Below, piece after piece: positions 47,779-56,122 of a stretch of 64,000 nucleotides of DNA (its first letter is position 1; every line of letters starts with the position of its first letter). A program made the position numbers and the translations under genes. The notes under the pieces are model-generated. The model was not told the DNA's origin. It did not search any database and saw only the letters and a program-made list of their open reading frames with translations. The DNA comes from Gammaproteobacteria bacterium. GTDB taxonomy: Bacteria > Pseudomonadota > Gammaproteobacteria > Pseudomonadales > Azotimanducaceae. Location of the stretch: contig JAPULC010000024.1 in NCBI GenBank assembly GCA_027295305.1, forward strand, positions 248-64,247, read 5' to 3'.

Positions 47779-48576
47779 ATGGTGGTCAAAGTCGACATCG
47801 GGCAGATCTCGCTGGCTGTGCTTGGGATGCTGCCCACGCGCTCTGACCAGGAGCGCATGGTCCACGGCATGGGTGCGGCGGCGCTGGCGTTCTGGAAGCG
47901 GCAGGCGCAGCAGAACCTCAAGTCAACGAGCCGCGAGTACGTGCAGGCGCTCACGAGCGAGGAGGGCGATCGCAAGTTCACCATCACGCTGTCTGGCGTG
48001 CTGCCGAATCTCATCGAGCAGGGATTCCAGGGTGGCGACATGCGCGACTGGATGCTGAGCGGGCCGAAGGCGAAGCAGGGCAAAAACGGAAAATATCTCA
48101 TTATCCCATTCAGCCATGGCGCCGCGGGTTCGAGCGGACGCAACACGGGACCCGCGATGCCCGTGAGCATCCACGCGGCGGCCAAGCGGCTCGCGCCGTC
48201 CCTTTCGCGCCCCGCGCGGGGGACCGCTGCCGAGGCGCACAAGACGCGCCCGGGGGAGCGCCTGAGCGCCGCGAGCGCCCATGTCGATCGCCAAGCGCAC
48301 AAGTTGCTGACCACGAAGGCCAAGCCCTGGCATGCGAGCAGCGTGTACCAGGGCATCGTTCGCCAGGAGAAAAAGTACAAGCGCGCGACGCAATCGAGCT
48401 ACACCTCGTTTCGCGTGATCAGCGAGAACGTCAACCGCGGCGAATCGGATAAAGAAGGCAAGGCGACACAGCACTGGTTCCACCCAGGCATCCGCGCGGT
48501 TCACTTCGCTACCAAGACACAGAAGCATGTCGGCATGATCACGACCCAGATGTTCCGCGCGTCCACGAAGGGATAA
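47779..48576 (+). CDS. Virion structural protein (putative)
   Basis: 265-aa ORF directly abutting the upstream stop. Confidence 0.55.
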   Translation: MVVKVDIGQISLAVLGMLPTRSDQERMVHGMGAAALAFWKRQAQQNLKSTSREYVQALTSEEGDRKFTITLSGVLPNLIEQGFQGGDMRDWMLSGPKAKQGKNGKYLIIPFSHGAAGSSGRNTGPAMPVSIHAAAKRLAPSLSRPARGTAAEAHKTRPGERLSAASAHVDRQAHKLLTTKAKPWHASSVYQGIVRQEKKYKRATQSSYTSFRVISENVNRGESDKEGKATQHWFHPGIRAVHFATKTQKHVGMITTQMFRASTKG

Positions 48577-48578
48577 GC

Positions 48579-49364
48579 ATGGCCAACCGCAAAGACCCCG
48601 CGAACCTCGGCGGCACGTTCGAGAATGATAAGTTCCCGCCTGATGATCCCGTGCTCGACTTCGAGCAGGCGGCAGGTGCGCACAGCGTCGTCATGCCCGA
48701 ACGGGTGATCCTGGCGCTGCTGCGCAGTGAGACGGATCGACTGTCGAACCTCGCCAACGTCGGTGAGCTGAGGCGGTTTTTCAGCTTCTTTTTCGATCCG
48801 ATGATCACCGAGGATGAGCGGGAGAGCTACATCACCAGCTTCCAGAGGACCCCGCCGGTGCCGATTCTGGGATACCCGCGTTCGAGCAGCGAGTTCCCGT
48901 GCATGGCGGTGGTCTTGGAGCGCGACGCCGAAGACCAAGCCGCTCTATCCCATTACTTGGGGCAGACGCGAGCGGGAGATCCCGTTGAGCAGGCTTCCGA
49001 GTTTCAGGGGTCGATGTACGAGAAGACCTACGGCGTCTACATCTACGCAACGCATCCCGACCTGTGCCTGTATCTCTACCACTTCGCGAAGGCCGTTCTG
49101 ATAGGCTCCAACGTGGCCATGCAGCGCTGTGGCATGGTGGAGACGCGCTACGATGGGAACGAGCTGAATCCGCAAGATACTTATCTCCCCGAAAACATGT
49201 TCGTGCGGCGCCTGGGCGTGACCGTGAAGTCGCTGGAGACCGTGCCGATCTTCCTGGGCGTCGACGGACAGAATGTTCAGATCACGGGTATCTGGGCCGA
49301 CGACATCATGGTGGCGGGCGTCCGCGGCGGCGTACACCCCATCGATCCCTCCGAGGAACCTTGA
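48579..49364 (+). CDS. Virion structural protein (putative)
   Basis: 261-aa ORF followed by a strong terminator. Confidence 0.55.
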   Translation: MANRKDPANLGGTFENDKFPPDDPVLDFEQAAGAHSVVMPERVILALLRSETDRLSNLANVGELRRFFSFFFDPMITEDERESYITSFQRTPPVPILGYPRSSSEFPCMAVVLERDAEDQAALSHYLGQTRAGDPVEQASEFQGSMYEKTYGVYIYATHPDLCLYLYHFAKAVLIGSNVAMQRCGMVETRYDGNELNPQDTYLPENMFVRRLGVTVKSLETVPIFLGVDGQNVQITGIWADDIMVAGVRGGVHPIDPSEEP

Positions 49365-49425
49365 CAGCGATCGGTAGGCACGGACAGTATTGCTGTTGAG
49401 GCCCGCGTCTGCCAAAGGCGCAAGG

Positions 49426-49457
49426 GGCAGTTCCACTTTCGTGGGGCTGCCTTTTTT
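49426..49457 (+). terminator. Rho-independent terminator
   Basis: GGCAGTTCCAC-tttc-GTGGGGCTGCC forms an 11-bp stem with two G-U pairs and is followed by TTTTTT (49452-49457). Confidence 0.8.
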
Positions 49458-49476
49458 GCGTTCCGAGGAACCGAAT

Positions 49477-49809
49477 ATGTCACCACGAAAGCCTGCTGAT
49501 AAGACGGAGCCCGAGCCGGCCAAGACCGACCCTCTGCCACCTTCGACCGGGCGGCCGTTGACGAGTGGTCAACTCCGCGCGAAGGCAGCGGCGTCGGTAC
49601 TCAAGGAGGCCCCGAGCGGGAAGGTCGCGGCCCGGCCGGCGCCGACCGTGGATACTCGGGAGCTGACCGTGAGCCATTGGGCCCGGGGGCGCCGTGATGC
49701 ATTGCTCACCGCATTCGTATCTCAGCACTCGGCCGGGCGCACTGTGAAGCGGCAGCCTGCCGCGTGGATGAAGATGTATCGGGACTTCCTGACGGAGCCG
49801 AGGGGCTGA
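49477..49809 (+). CDS. Hypothetical basic protein
   Basis: ATG at 49477 with GAGGA 7 nt upstream. Confidence 0.5.
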   Translation: MSPRKPADKTEPEPAKTDPLPPSTGRPLTSGQLRAKAAASVLKEAPSGKVAARPAPTVDTRELTVSHWARGRRDALLTAFVSQHSAGRTVKRQPAAWMKMYRDFLTEPRG

Positions 49810-49901
49810 TGGCCGGAGTCATCAACGGACGAACTTGGGCCGTGCCCAACTAGAAAGGCAAGGATTCCATCGCCACTGCAATCTTCTTTAACGGACGTCG
49901 T

Positions 49902-52160
49902 TTGAACATCCCACAGGCGGTAACTCGCGTCGACGCGTCGGCGTTGGCCGCGGTCTCGCCGGCATCTATAGGCATCGTCGCGCTCATCGGCACGGCCGAG
50001 GGCGGTGCGCCGCTCACCGTCGATGAGAGCCTGGCGGACGCCAACAGCCCGAACACGGTCCAGGAGCGCTACCGCTCGGGCGACCTGCGGACCGCGGGCA
50101 TCTTCTGCTTCGAGCCCAGCCAGGACGATGCGGTGCCGGGCGGCGCGCAGAAGGAGATCCTGGTAAAGGTGAACCCGGCCACGCAGTCGGGCGCGAGCCT
50201 GCCGGATGGCAACGGGGCGGACGCGCTTGATGTGACCTCCGCGGACTTCGGCCTGTTCACGGCGCAGATCAACATCGAGGTGTCGGCGGGCACGAACATC
50301 GGCCTCAAGTACACCGTGGTCTTCGAGAGCACGACCGAGGTATTCGACGATGTGGGCGGCGAGGCTATCTTCGACGTGACCTATACGCCGGGCGCCGACG
50401 GGTACGATACGGCCCTCGGCACCATCAACGCGACTACGTTCACCATCGCGGCCACGAAGGCCGAGTCGGGCCTGGAAGCCGAGCGAGCCGCGGACATTCC
50501 TGCCCCGGGCGTGCTCGACGTGGTGAGCAGCAACGCGGGCGACACCACGCAGAGCATCACGGTCTTCGGGCTCGACGGCGTGGGTGCCGTGATCAATGAG
50601 GTGATCGCCCTCAATGGCACCACGAATGTGCAGGGCACGACCAGCTTCACCAAGGTGCTGGCCATTCGCCTGAGCGCGTCGGCCGCGGGCACCGTGACTG
50701 TCTCGGACTTCCCGATCTCGGTCACGCTCTTCACCGTCCTGACGACCGTGCTTACGCGCGGCCTGGTGGACCTGACCAACGCGCCCGCCGCGGGCGTGGT
50801 GACCGTGGCCGCAGTGGCGGACTTTGCGGCCGATGCGGTCATTCTGGGCACCGACGCGGCGGGTACGCCGGTCAACGAGGTCTTCGACCTCACGGCAGCT
50901 CTCACGACCCCAGTGGTTGGAACCGTGTCGTTTTCCACCCTGACCACCCTGCTACTGGGCGATGTCCCGGGCGGCAACGGCGTCGCGCTGAGCCTCGATG
51001 CGGTGGTCACGAACCACACGCAGTTCACGACGGTAGCGCTGGTGGTCGACCGCCTGAACGCCATTCCAGGCCTCGCGGCGACGTCGCTGGTCAGCAACTT
51101 CACCACGTTCCTGATGGTCGATGCGGACTACAACGTGGCGGCGACGCGCCCGCCCACGAATGTGCTGTCGGTGGCCGGCGAGTTCTTCGCGGACCTGTTC
51201 GATGCGATCACCACGCTGACCCAGCAGAGTCAGTTCGTGAACGCCGCGCGGGCGACCGGCGGCGACCTGCCCCCGCTCGCGACCGCGGCCCCCGTGTTTC
51301 TCGTGGGCGGCATCGAGGGCGTCGTGACGATCACCGAGTGGCAGACCGCTTTCAAGCTGCTGGAGAAGCGCCGCTACAACATCGTGGTGCCGCTATCGTC
51401 CGACCCGGCCATCCACAACCTCGCGCTGACTGCGCTCATCGCAAAGACCGGCCGGCTGAAGAGCGAGGCCAACGGATACGTGGGCATCGGCAAAATCGCA
51501 GATGGGAGCGGCGAGACGCGCGCGAACATCCAGACGCAGATCCTCGCGCTCAACACGCGGCATCTGTCGGCGATCAGCCAGGAGATCGAGCGCTTCGACC
51601 CCATCACGGGCGTATCGACGTTCTTTCCCCCCTACATCTTCGCGGCCATCGCGGCCGGCATGCAGGCGGGGAGCGCCATCGCGGAGCCGCTCACGCGCAA
51701 GCTCGTCATCGGCAACGGCATCCGCAACGATGCCTCGTGGGATGTCGAGGAGGACGCGAGCGACCTCATCGATCGCGGTCTGATGATCTACGAGCAGGTC
51801 GACAATGTGGGCATCCGGTGCATTCGTAGCATCACGACCCACCTCGCCGACGACAACCTGGCGTTCGTCGAGATGTCGAGCAACGAATCGCTCAACACCT
51901 TCGTGTTCGAGTTCCGCACGGCGCTCGACCAGAAGATCGGCCAGCGCGGGCTCGGCAACAGTGTGGGCGCGATCAAAGCACTCGCGATCGAGGTGGCGAA
52001 TCGTCTCGTCTCTGAAGATAAGATTGTGGCGCACCGATCGCTGCAAGTGGAGCAGGTCGGGGACGTGTTCCCGGTCAGCATCGAGGTGGCGCTGGTCAAC
52101 CCGATCAACTTCATCCCGATCACCGTACACCTGACCCCGACAGTGGCTGTAGCCGCGTAG
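49902..52160 (+). CDS. Tail sheath protein (putative)
   Basis: 752 aa, directly upstream of the tube gene. The N-terminus (..GIVALIGTAEGG) and C-terminal region look sheath-like. TTG is the only canonical start in the frame. Confidence 0.68.
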   Translation: MNIPQAVTRVDASALAAVSPASIGIVALIGTAEGGAPLTVDESLADANSPNTVQERYRSGDLRTAGIFCFEPSQDDAVPGGAQKEILVKVNPATQSGASLPDGNGADALDVTSADFGLFTAQINIEVSAGTNIGLKYTVVFESTTEVFDDVGGEAIFDVTYTPGADGYDTALGTINATTFTIAATKAESGLEAERAADIPAPGVLDVVSSNAGDTTQSITVFGLDGVGAVINEVIALNGTTNVQGTTSFTKVLAIRLSASAAGTVTVSDFPISVTLFTVLTTVLTRGLVDLTNAPAAGVVTVAAVADFAADAVILGTDAAGTPVNEVFDLTAALTTPVVGTVSFSTLTTLLLGDVPGGNGVALSLDAVVTNHTQFTTVALVVDRLNAIPGLAATSLVSNFTTFLMVDADYNVAATRPPTNVLSVAGEFFADLFDAITTLTQQSQFVNAARATGGDLPPLATAAPVFLVGGIEGVVTITEWQTAFKLLEKRRYNIVVPLSSDPAIHNLALTALIAKTGRLKSEANGYVGIGKIADGSGETRANIQTQILALNTRHLSAISQEIERFDPITGVSTFFPPYIFAAIAAGMQAGSAIAEPLTRKLVIGNGIRNDASWDVEEDASDLIDRGLMIYEQVDNVGIRCIRSITTHLADDNLAFVEMSSNESLNTFVFEFRTALDQKIGQRGLGNSVGAIKALAIEVANRLVSEDKIVAHRSLQVEQVGDVFPVSIEVALVNPINFIPITVHLTPTVAVAA

Positions 52161-52170
52161 GATCTGACCG

Positions 52171-52356
52171 ATGGCTGACTTGGGTAAAGCACTTTTCGAC
52201 CTGTGGAGCCGCCTTGTAAGGGCGGTCCCAAGGGTCTCGCTCTACTCGGAAGAGATCGACTACGACCCGGTGGAGGTGGCCGGCCGAATAGTTCGATTCA
52301 ACCCGATCTCGTATCGGAAAACTTACAGGGTGGAATGGAGTTTGACCGATGGCTGA
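52171..52356 (+). pseudogene. Truncated paralogue of the tail tube gene 5' end (61 codons)
   Basis: MADLGKALF...VSLYSEEIDYDPVEV...ISYRKTYRVEW parallels tube MADLGRVLS...NYSEEIQYDPVEV...VAYRVTFTAQW. The same TGACCGATGGCTGA start context occurs at both. Confidence 0.45.
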
Positions 52357-52792
52357 TCTAGGCAGAGTTCTTTCCGGCGCGCGTGCCCGGCTTCTCATCG
52401 AAGGCGTGCCCGTCCTGTACTGCACGAACGTCAACTACTCCGAGGAGATCCAGTACGACCCGGTTGAGGTGCTGGACCAGCTCGAAGTGGCCGAGTTCGT
52501 CGCGGTCGCCTACCGTGTGACGTTCACGGCGCAGTGGGTCCGGGTGGTGACCAACTCGATCAAGAACCGCGACGGCATCCGCATCTTCCCGCGGCTCACG
52601 GATATCATCCAGGCGCCCGACCTCACGGGCAGCGTCGAGGACAACATCACGGGCGAGGTGCTCGCGTCGATCCAGCGCGTGAAGGCGTCCCGCTACACGG
52701 TCAACATCGGGGCCCGGGGCATCGTGCTCACGGATACCGAGTTCGTGGCGGTCCGCATCCAGGACGAGAGCGAGATCGGGCAGACAGCATAG
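52349..52792 (+). CDS. Tail tube protein (putative)
   Basis: 147-aa ORF following the sheath gene. Confidence 0.62.
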   Translation: MADLGRVLSGARARLLIEGVPVLYCTNVNYSEEIQYDPVEVLDQLEVAEFVAVAYRVTFTAQWVRVVTNSIKNRDGIRIFPRLTDIIQAPDLTGSVEDNITGEVLASIQRVKASRYTVNIGARGIVLTDTEFVAVRIQDESEIGQTA

Positions 52793-52800
52793 GGCACTAC

Positions 52801-52810
52801 TTATCAGGTA
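52801..52810 (+). promoter_or_regulatory. WTATCMSGTA motif copy (TTATCAGGTA), 10 nt upstream of ATG 52821
   Basis: Read directly from the sequence. It sits in a 28-nt gap. Confidence 0.45.
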
Positions 52811-52820
52811 TGTAGGGATC

Positions 52821-53402
52821 ATGCCAACTGAGCGACCCATCCTGTTCAACGGCGCCATGGTCCGGGCACTGCTCGACGGCACCAAGACGCAGACGCGGCG
52901 GATCGTGAAGGCCCCGAAGGGGTTCACCGTGGGGACCATGACGTCTGGCGGGGTCGTCGAGATGATCAGCGTGAAGCCCGACGGCAACCCGTGGGACGTC
53001 ATCCGCTGCCCCTACGGCGTACCCGGGGACCGGCTGTGGGTGCGCGAGACATTCCGGTATGAGCGATGTCCCGCTGGTGCTGCCGTGCGCTACCGTGCGG
53101 ACAACCATCTCCGCGAGCTAGGAGAACCGGTCAGGCGCGACACCGTTCCCAACGGCCGCTGGCGCCCATCCATCCACATGTTTCGGTGCGATTCACGCAT
53201 CACCCTGGAGGTGACCGACGTCCGGGTGGAGCGGGTGCAGGATATCACCTGGGAGGACGTCGAGGCCGAGGGCACTGAGGGGGCCGACTCTGCGGCATTC
53301 GCCGATCTCTGGGACAGCATAAACGCCAAGCGCGGGTACGGCTGGGAAGCCAACCCGTGGGTGTGGGTGGTGGAGTTCAACGCCATAGATCTGGTAGGGT
53401 GA
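52821..53402 (+). CDS. ASCH-like (PUA-fold) phage protein inserted between tube and chaperone genes
   Basis: It has PILFNGAMVRALLDGTKTQTRR...PYGVPGDRLWVRE...RWRPSIHMFR...ITLEVTDVRVERVQDI...ANPWVWVVEF, a pattern widespread in prophages. Confidence 0.6.
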   Translation: MPTERPILFNGAMVRALLDGTKTQTRRIVKAPKGFTVGTMTSGGVVEMISVKPDGNPWDVIRCPYGVPGDRLWVRETFRYERCPAGAAVRYRADNHLRELGEPVRRDTVPNGRWRPSIHMFRCDSRITLEVTDVRVERVQDITWEDVEAEGTEGADSAAFADLWDSINAKRGYGWEANPWVWVVEFNAIDLVG

Positions 53403-53442
53403 CCAGACCGCCGGGGCTCAACCGGCGCTGAAAGGGAACCCT

Positions 53443-54033
53443 ATGGAACAGCCAGTAAGCCGGAAGAGCGCGGCAGAGGTGGGCGCCGATTTGCGCAAGC
53501 CTGCCGAGGAAGAGGATAAAGCGTTGTCGCCGAAGACAGTGCTCGTCCTGGATCAGACGAGTATCGACGGGCGGCGGAAGTACGCGGGAAATTTCCCGTT
53601 CACGGTACCCAACATGGGTCATCGCGTGGACGTCGGCAGGCTGCGCACGCAGTTCTTGCAAGAGGTGGCGAACGTCGAGGGGGAGGCGCAGAGCATCGCG
53701 GAAGCGCTGGCCTATCTCAACACCACGCTGGACCATGACAACTGCCCGCAGTGGTGGCGCGACAGCAAGCTGGGAATCGATTTGTACGACTATCCACCCT
53801 TACTGAGTTTGTATGCCCAAGCGAGGGCATACGAGGCCACGTTTCTCGGGGCGCCCCTTGAGCCTGTCGGGGATGAAAGCTCAGATGAAGGAGGATCCGG
53901 AGCTGATGGTGGCGGGGATGTGGAGCCTGACGTTCAATCTCCCCCCGAACGATCCCAGACTCTTGCAAGTTTCGGCCCGGGAAGCGATGGAACACATGGT
54001 TCTGTTCCAGGCGGCGAAGGCTCTGGAGACTGA
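53443..54033 (+). CDS. Tail assembly chaperone (gpG-like, putative)
   Basis: It lies between the tube and tape measure genes. The last ~50 codons are Gly/Ser/Asp low complexity and overlap the next ORF. Confidence 0.5.
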   Translation: MEQPVSRKSAAEVGADLRKPAEEEDKALSPKTVLVLDQTSIDGRRKYAGNFPFTVPNMGHRVDVGRLRTQFLQEVANVEGEAQSIAEALAYLNTTLDHDNCPQWWRDSKLGIDLYDYPPLLSLYAQARAYEATFLGAPLEPVGDESSDEGGSGADGGGDVEPDVQSPPERSQTLASFGPGSDGTHGSVPGGEGSGD

Positions 54034-54274
54034 GAATATCTCGGCCGCTGCCAAGCAATCCGAGACACAGCGACATCACGACAACGATCCGTACTCTCCG
54101 AACTTCCGACCCGATACCAAGACGGTCGTGGGCGAGGAAGCCGAGAAGGTAGCGGATAAGCCGCTGCCGTTGACTGGAGATGCCGAGTGGGACGAGGTGG
54201 AGCTTGCCGAAACTGACCCCATGCGGGAACCTTTCGATGATGCCTTTGTGGCGGATTTCCTGAAGGGCGCGTAG
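53873..54274 (+). CDS. Tail assembly chaperone second ORF (gpT-like), in the +1 frame relative to 53443
   Basis: ATG at 53873 lies inside a GGGGATG run. The ORF ends 1 nt before the tape measure start. Confidence 0.45.
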   Translation: MKAQMKEDPELMVAGMWSLTFNLPPNDPRLLQVSAREAMEHMVLFQAAKALETENISAAAKQSETQRHHDNDPYSPNFRPDTKTVVGEEAEKVADKPLPLTGDAEWDEVELAETDPMREPFDDAFVADFLKGA

Positions 54275-56119
54275 TTGCCAAACGAGAAGCACAAAACCAC
54301 CCTAGAAATCTCGGTTGAGGACCGGCTGCTCCGTCAGTTCGGGTCGACCCTCAAGCGTGTTTTTTCGACGGAGCCCATTGATCGCTTCCGGCGGGCGCAA
54401 GCTGGGGTTACTCAGGAGCTGGACAGACAGACTAGGGCAGCAGAGCGGGCTGGCGCGATGGGGGGCGCCGCAGGCGGAGGCGGCGGGGGCCGGGACAGTC
54501 GGGGCCGCTTTATTGCTGGATCGGGGGGCCGGGGGGCCGGGGCTGGCGGCGGAGGTGGGGGGACCGCCGGCCGCCAGCCTTTGAGCTTTGGGCAGACCGT
54601 CGGCGCGGGCGCCCTGGGTGGCATGCTTTCCCAGGGTGTGGGGCGTGGCAGTCAGGCTATGGCGGGCATCGCGCGGGGGCAGGGCGCGACATCGATGGCC
54701 CTGGGCGCCATTCCCTTCGTCGGCCCAGCCCTGCAGGCGGCTGTGCAGGCCGCGGAGAGCCTCACGGACATCGCCATAGGCCAAGCGCAGGCGCAGGCGT
54801 CTACGGCCGGTGTGACTGGCGCCCTCGGGACGGCCGGCGGTATGAGGATGGCCGGGCTCGGCCTGAACCGCACGCAGGTCACTGGGCGCATGGCTGCCCT
54901 CGCGCAGGCGAGTGGGATGCGTGGGAAGAACTTGGCGGCGCTCGGGCCCGAGGCGCTGCGCATGCAGGAGCTGACCGGCATCAACGCGGGGGGCATGGCT
55001 GGCGCCCTCGGGACGGCCGGCGGTGGGCAGAACCCCCGGCAGGCCATGAAGCTGACAGAGGAGGCCATCGCGGCCGGGCTCAACGCGGGCATCCGCGAGG
55101 GGAAGCTCCCGCAGTTCATCGCGGCCATCGCGGCCAACATCGAGTCCATGCGGAAGCAGGGCATCCAGGTGGACCCCCGGGGACTCCCGAGTCTCGTGCG
55201 CCAGCTATCGAAGGCAGGCCCCAGCCTACAGGGCGCTGCCGCTGTTACAGCTGCAAAAGGAGGCGTTGCGGCGATAAAGGGCGCGGGAAAAGGCGGGGGC
55301 TTTATGGACGCCCTGGCGCTGCAGGTGGCCATGGGGACCACAGACCCCGAGACGGGCAAGAAACTGACTGCTTTCCAGGCCGAGCTGGCGCTGGAAGCGA
55401 ACCCGGAGAAGTTCATACCCTTGATGATGGATAGGATTGGTCAGATGGGGGGCACTGACGAAGGGAAAGCTAAGCTGATACAGCGATGGCAAGGCGGATC
55501 GCTAGCGCAGGCATTTGATATAGCGCGTGGTGCGACCGCGGGTAAGTTTGCTGGGGGGCCGGGGGCCGCAAGCGCGGGAGCAGGAGCAGCCTTCGTAAAC
55601 CAAGAGGAGGCGGCGCAGGCCGGCGGCCGAGGTTTGGCGGGCCAAGTGGCTGCACAACAGAATAGGAAGATCGCAGCGGGTAAGAAGATCTCAGGTCAGA
55701 TGATGAAGGTCCGGGAGCAAGAAATCGGGATGGGGATCGGGGGCGCAAAAGTCGGCGCCGCTGCAGCTGGATTGGTTTCGGGCGCGGTAGGTCGGTACAG
55801 CGACGCGCTCACGTCCAATGACCCGATCGGCGCAGTCATGGGGATGTTCGCCGAAGACATGCGTTCGATGTTTTCGGGCGTGTTCGAGGACCTGAGCACG
55901 CAGCTGGGTAAAACTGTCAAAGGCGCTTTCGGCCTCGATCCGGAGTCAGCGGGCGCCGAGCTGCAAAAACTTCTGTCGACCCCCGAAGGCCGTGAGGAAG
56001 GCTGGAAAGCCATCACGGACATCCTGTCGAAGATTTTTGCATGGCTGCAGCAGCTGGTTGTTGATGTTCCCTTCATCGGCAGCCCAGGAGGCGGCCCCAC
56101 TCTCGTAGCCGGAGAGTAG
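54275..56119 (+). CDS. Tape measure protein
   Basis: 614 aa, Gly/Ala rich, positioned after the chaperone pair. It has a TTG start. Confidence 0.7.
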   Translation: MPNEKHKTTLEISVEDRLLRQFGSTLKRVFSTEPIDRFRRAQAGVTQELDRQTRAAERAGAMGGAAGGGGGGRDSRGRFIAGSGGRGAGAGGGGGGTAGRQPLSFGQTVGAGALGGMLSQGVGRGSQAMAGIARGQGATSMALGAIPFVGPALQAAVQAAESLTDIAIGQAQAQASTAGVTGALGTAGGMRMAGLGLNRTQVTGRMAALAQASGMRGKNLAALGPEALRMQELTGINAGGMAGALGTAGGGQNPRQAMKLTEEAIAAGLNAGIREGKLPQFIAAIAANIESMRKQGIQVDPRGLPSLVRQLSKAGPSLQGAAAVTAAKGGVAAIKGAGKGGGFMDALALQVAMGTTDPETGKKLTAFQAELALEANPEKFIPLMMDRIGQMGGTDEGKAKLIQRWQGGSLAQAFDIARGATAGKFAGGPGAASAGAGAAFVNQEEAAQAGGRGLAGQVAAQQNRKIAAGKKISGQMMKVREQEIGMGIGGAKVGAAAAGLVSGAVGRYSDALTSNDPIGAVMGMFAEDMRSMFSGVFEDLSTQLGKTVKGAFGLDPESAGAELQKLLSTPEGREEGWKAITDILSKIFAWLQQLVVDVPFIGSPGGGPTLVAGE

Positions 56120-56122
56120 TCG

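Noticed and set aside
49854-49901. An upstream non-canonical (ATC) start for the sheath gene after AAGGA at 49860.
   Set aside because: The frame is open from 49854 but contains no ATG, GTG or TTG before 49902. An Ile-codon start is too speculative without data, so I kept TTG 49902.
53800-54033. A canonical -1 programmed frameshift for the tail chaperone.
   Set aside because: No ORF exists in the -1 frame downstream. Only the +1 frame is open, which is reported as a finding instead.
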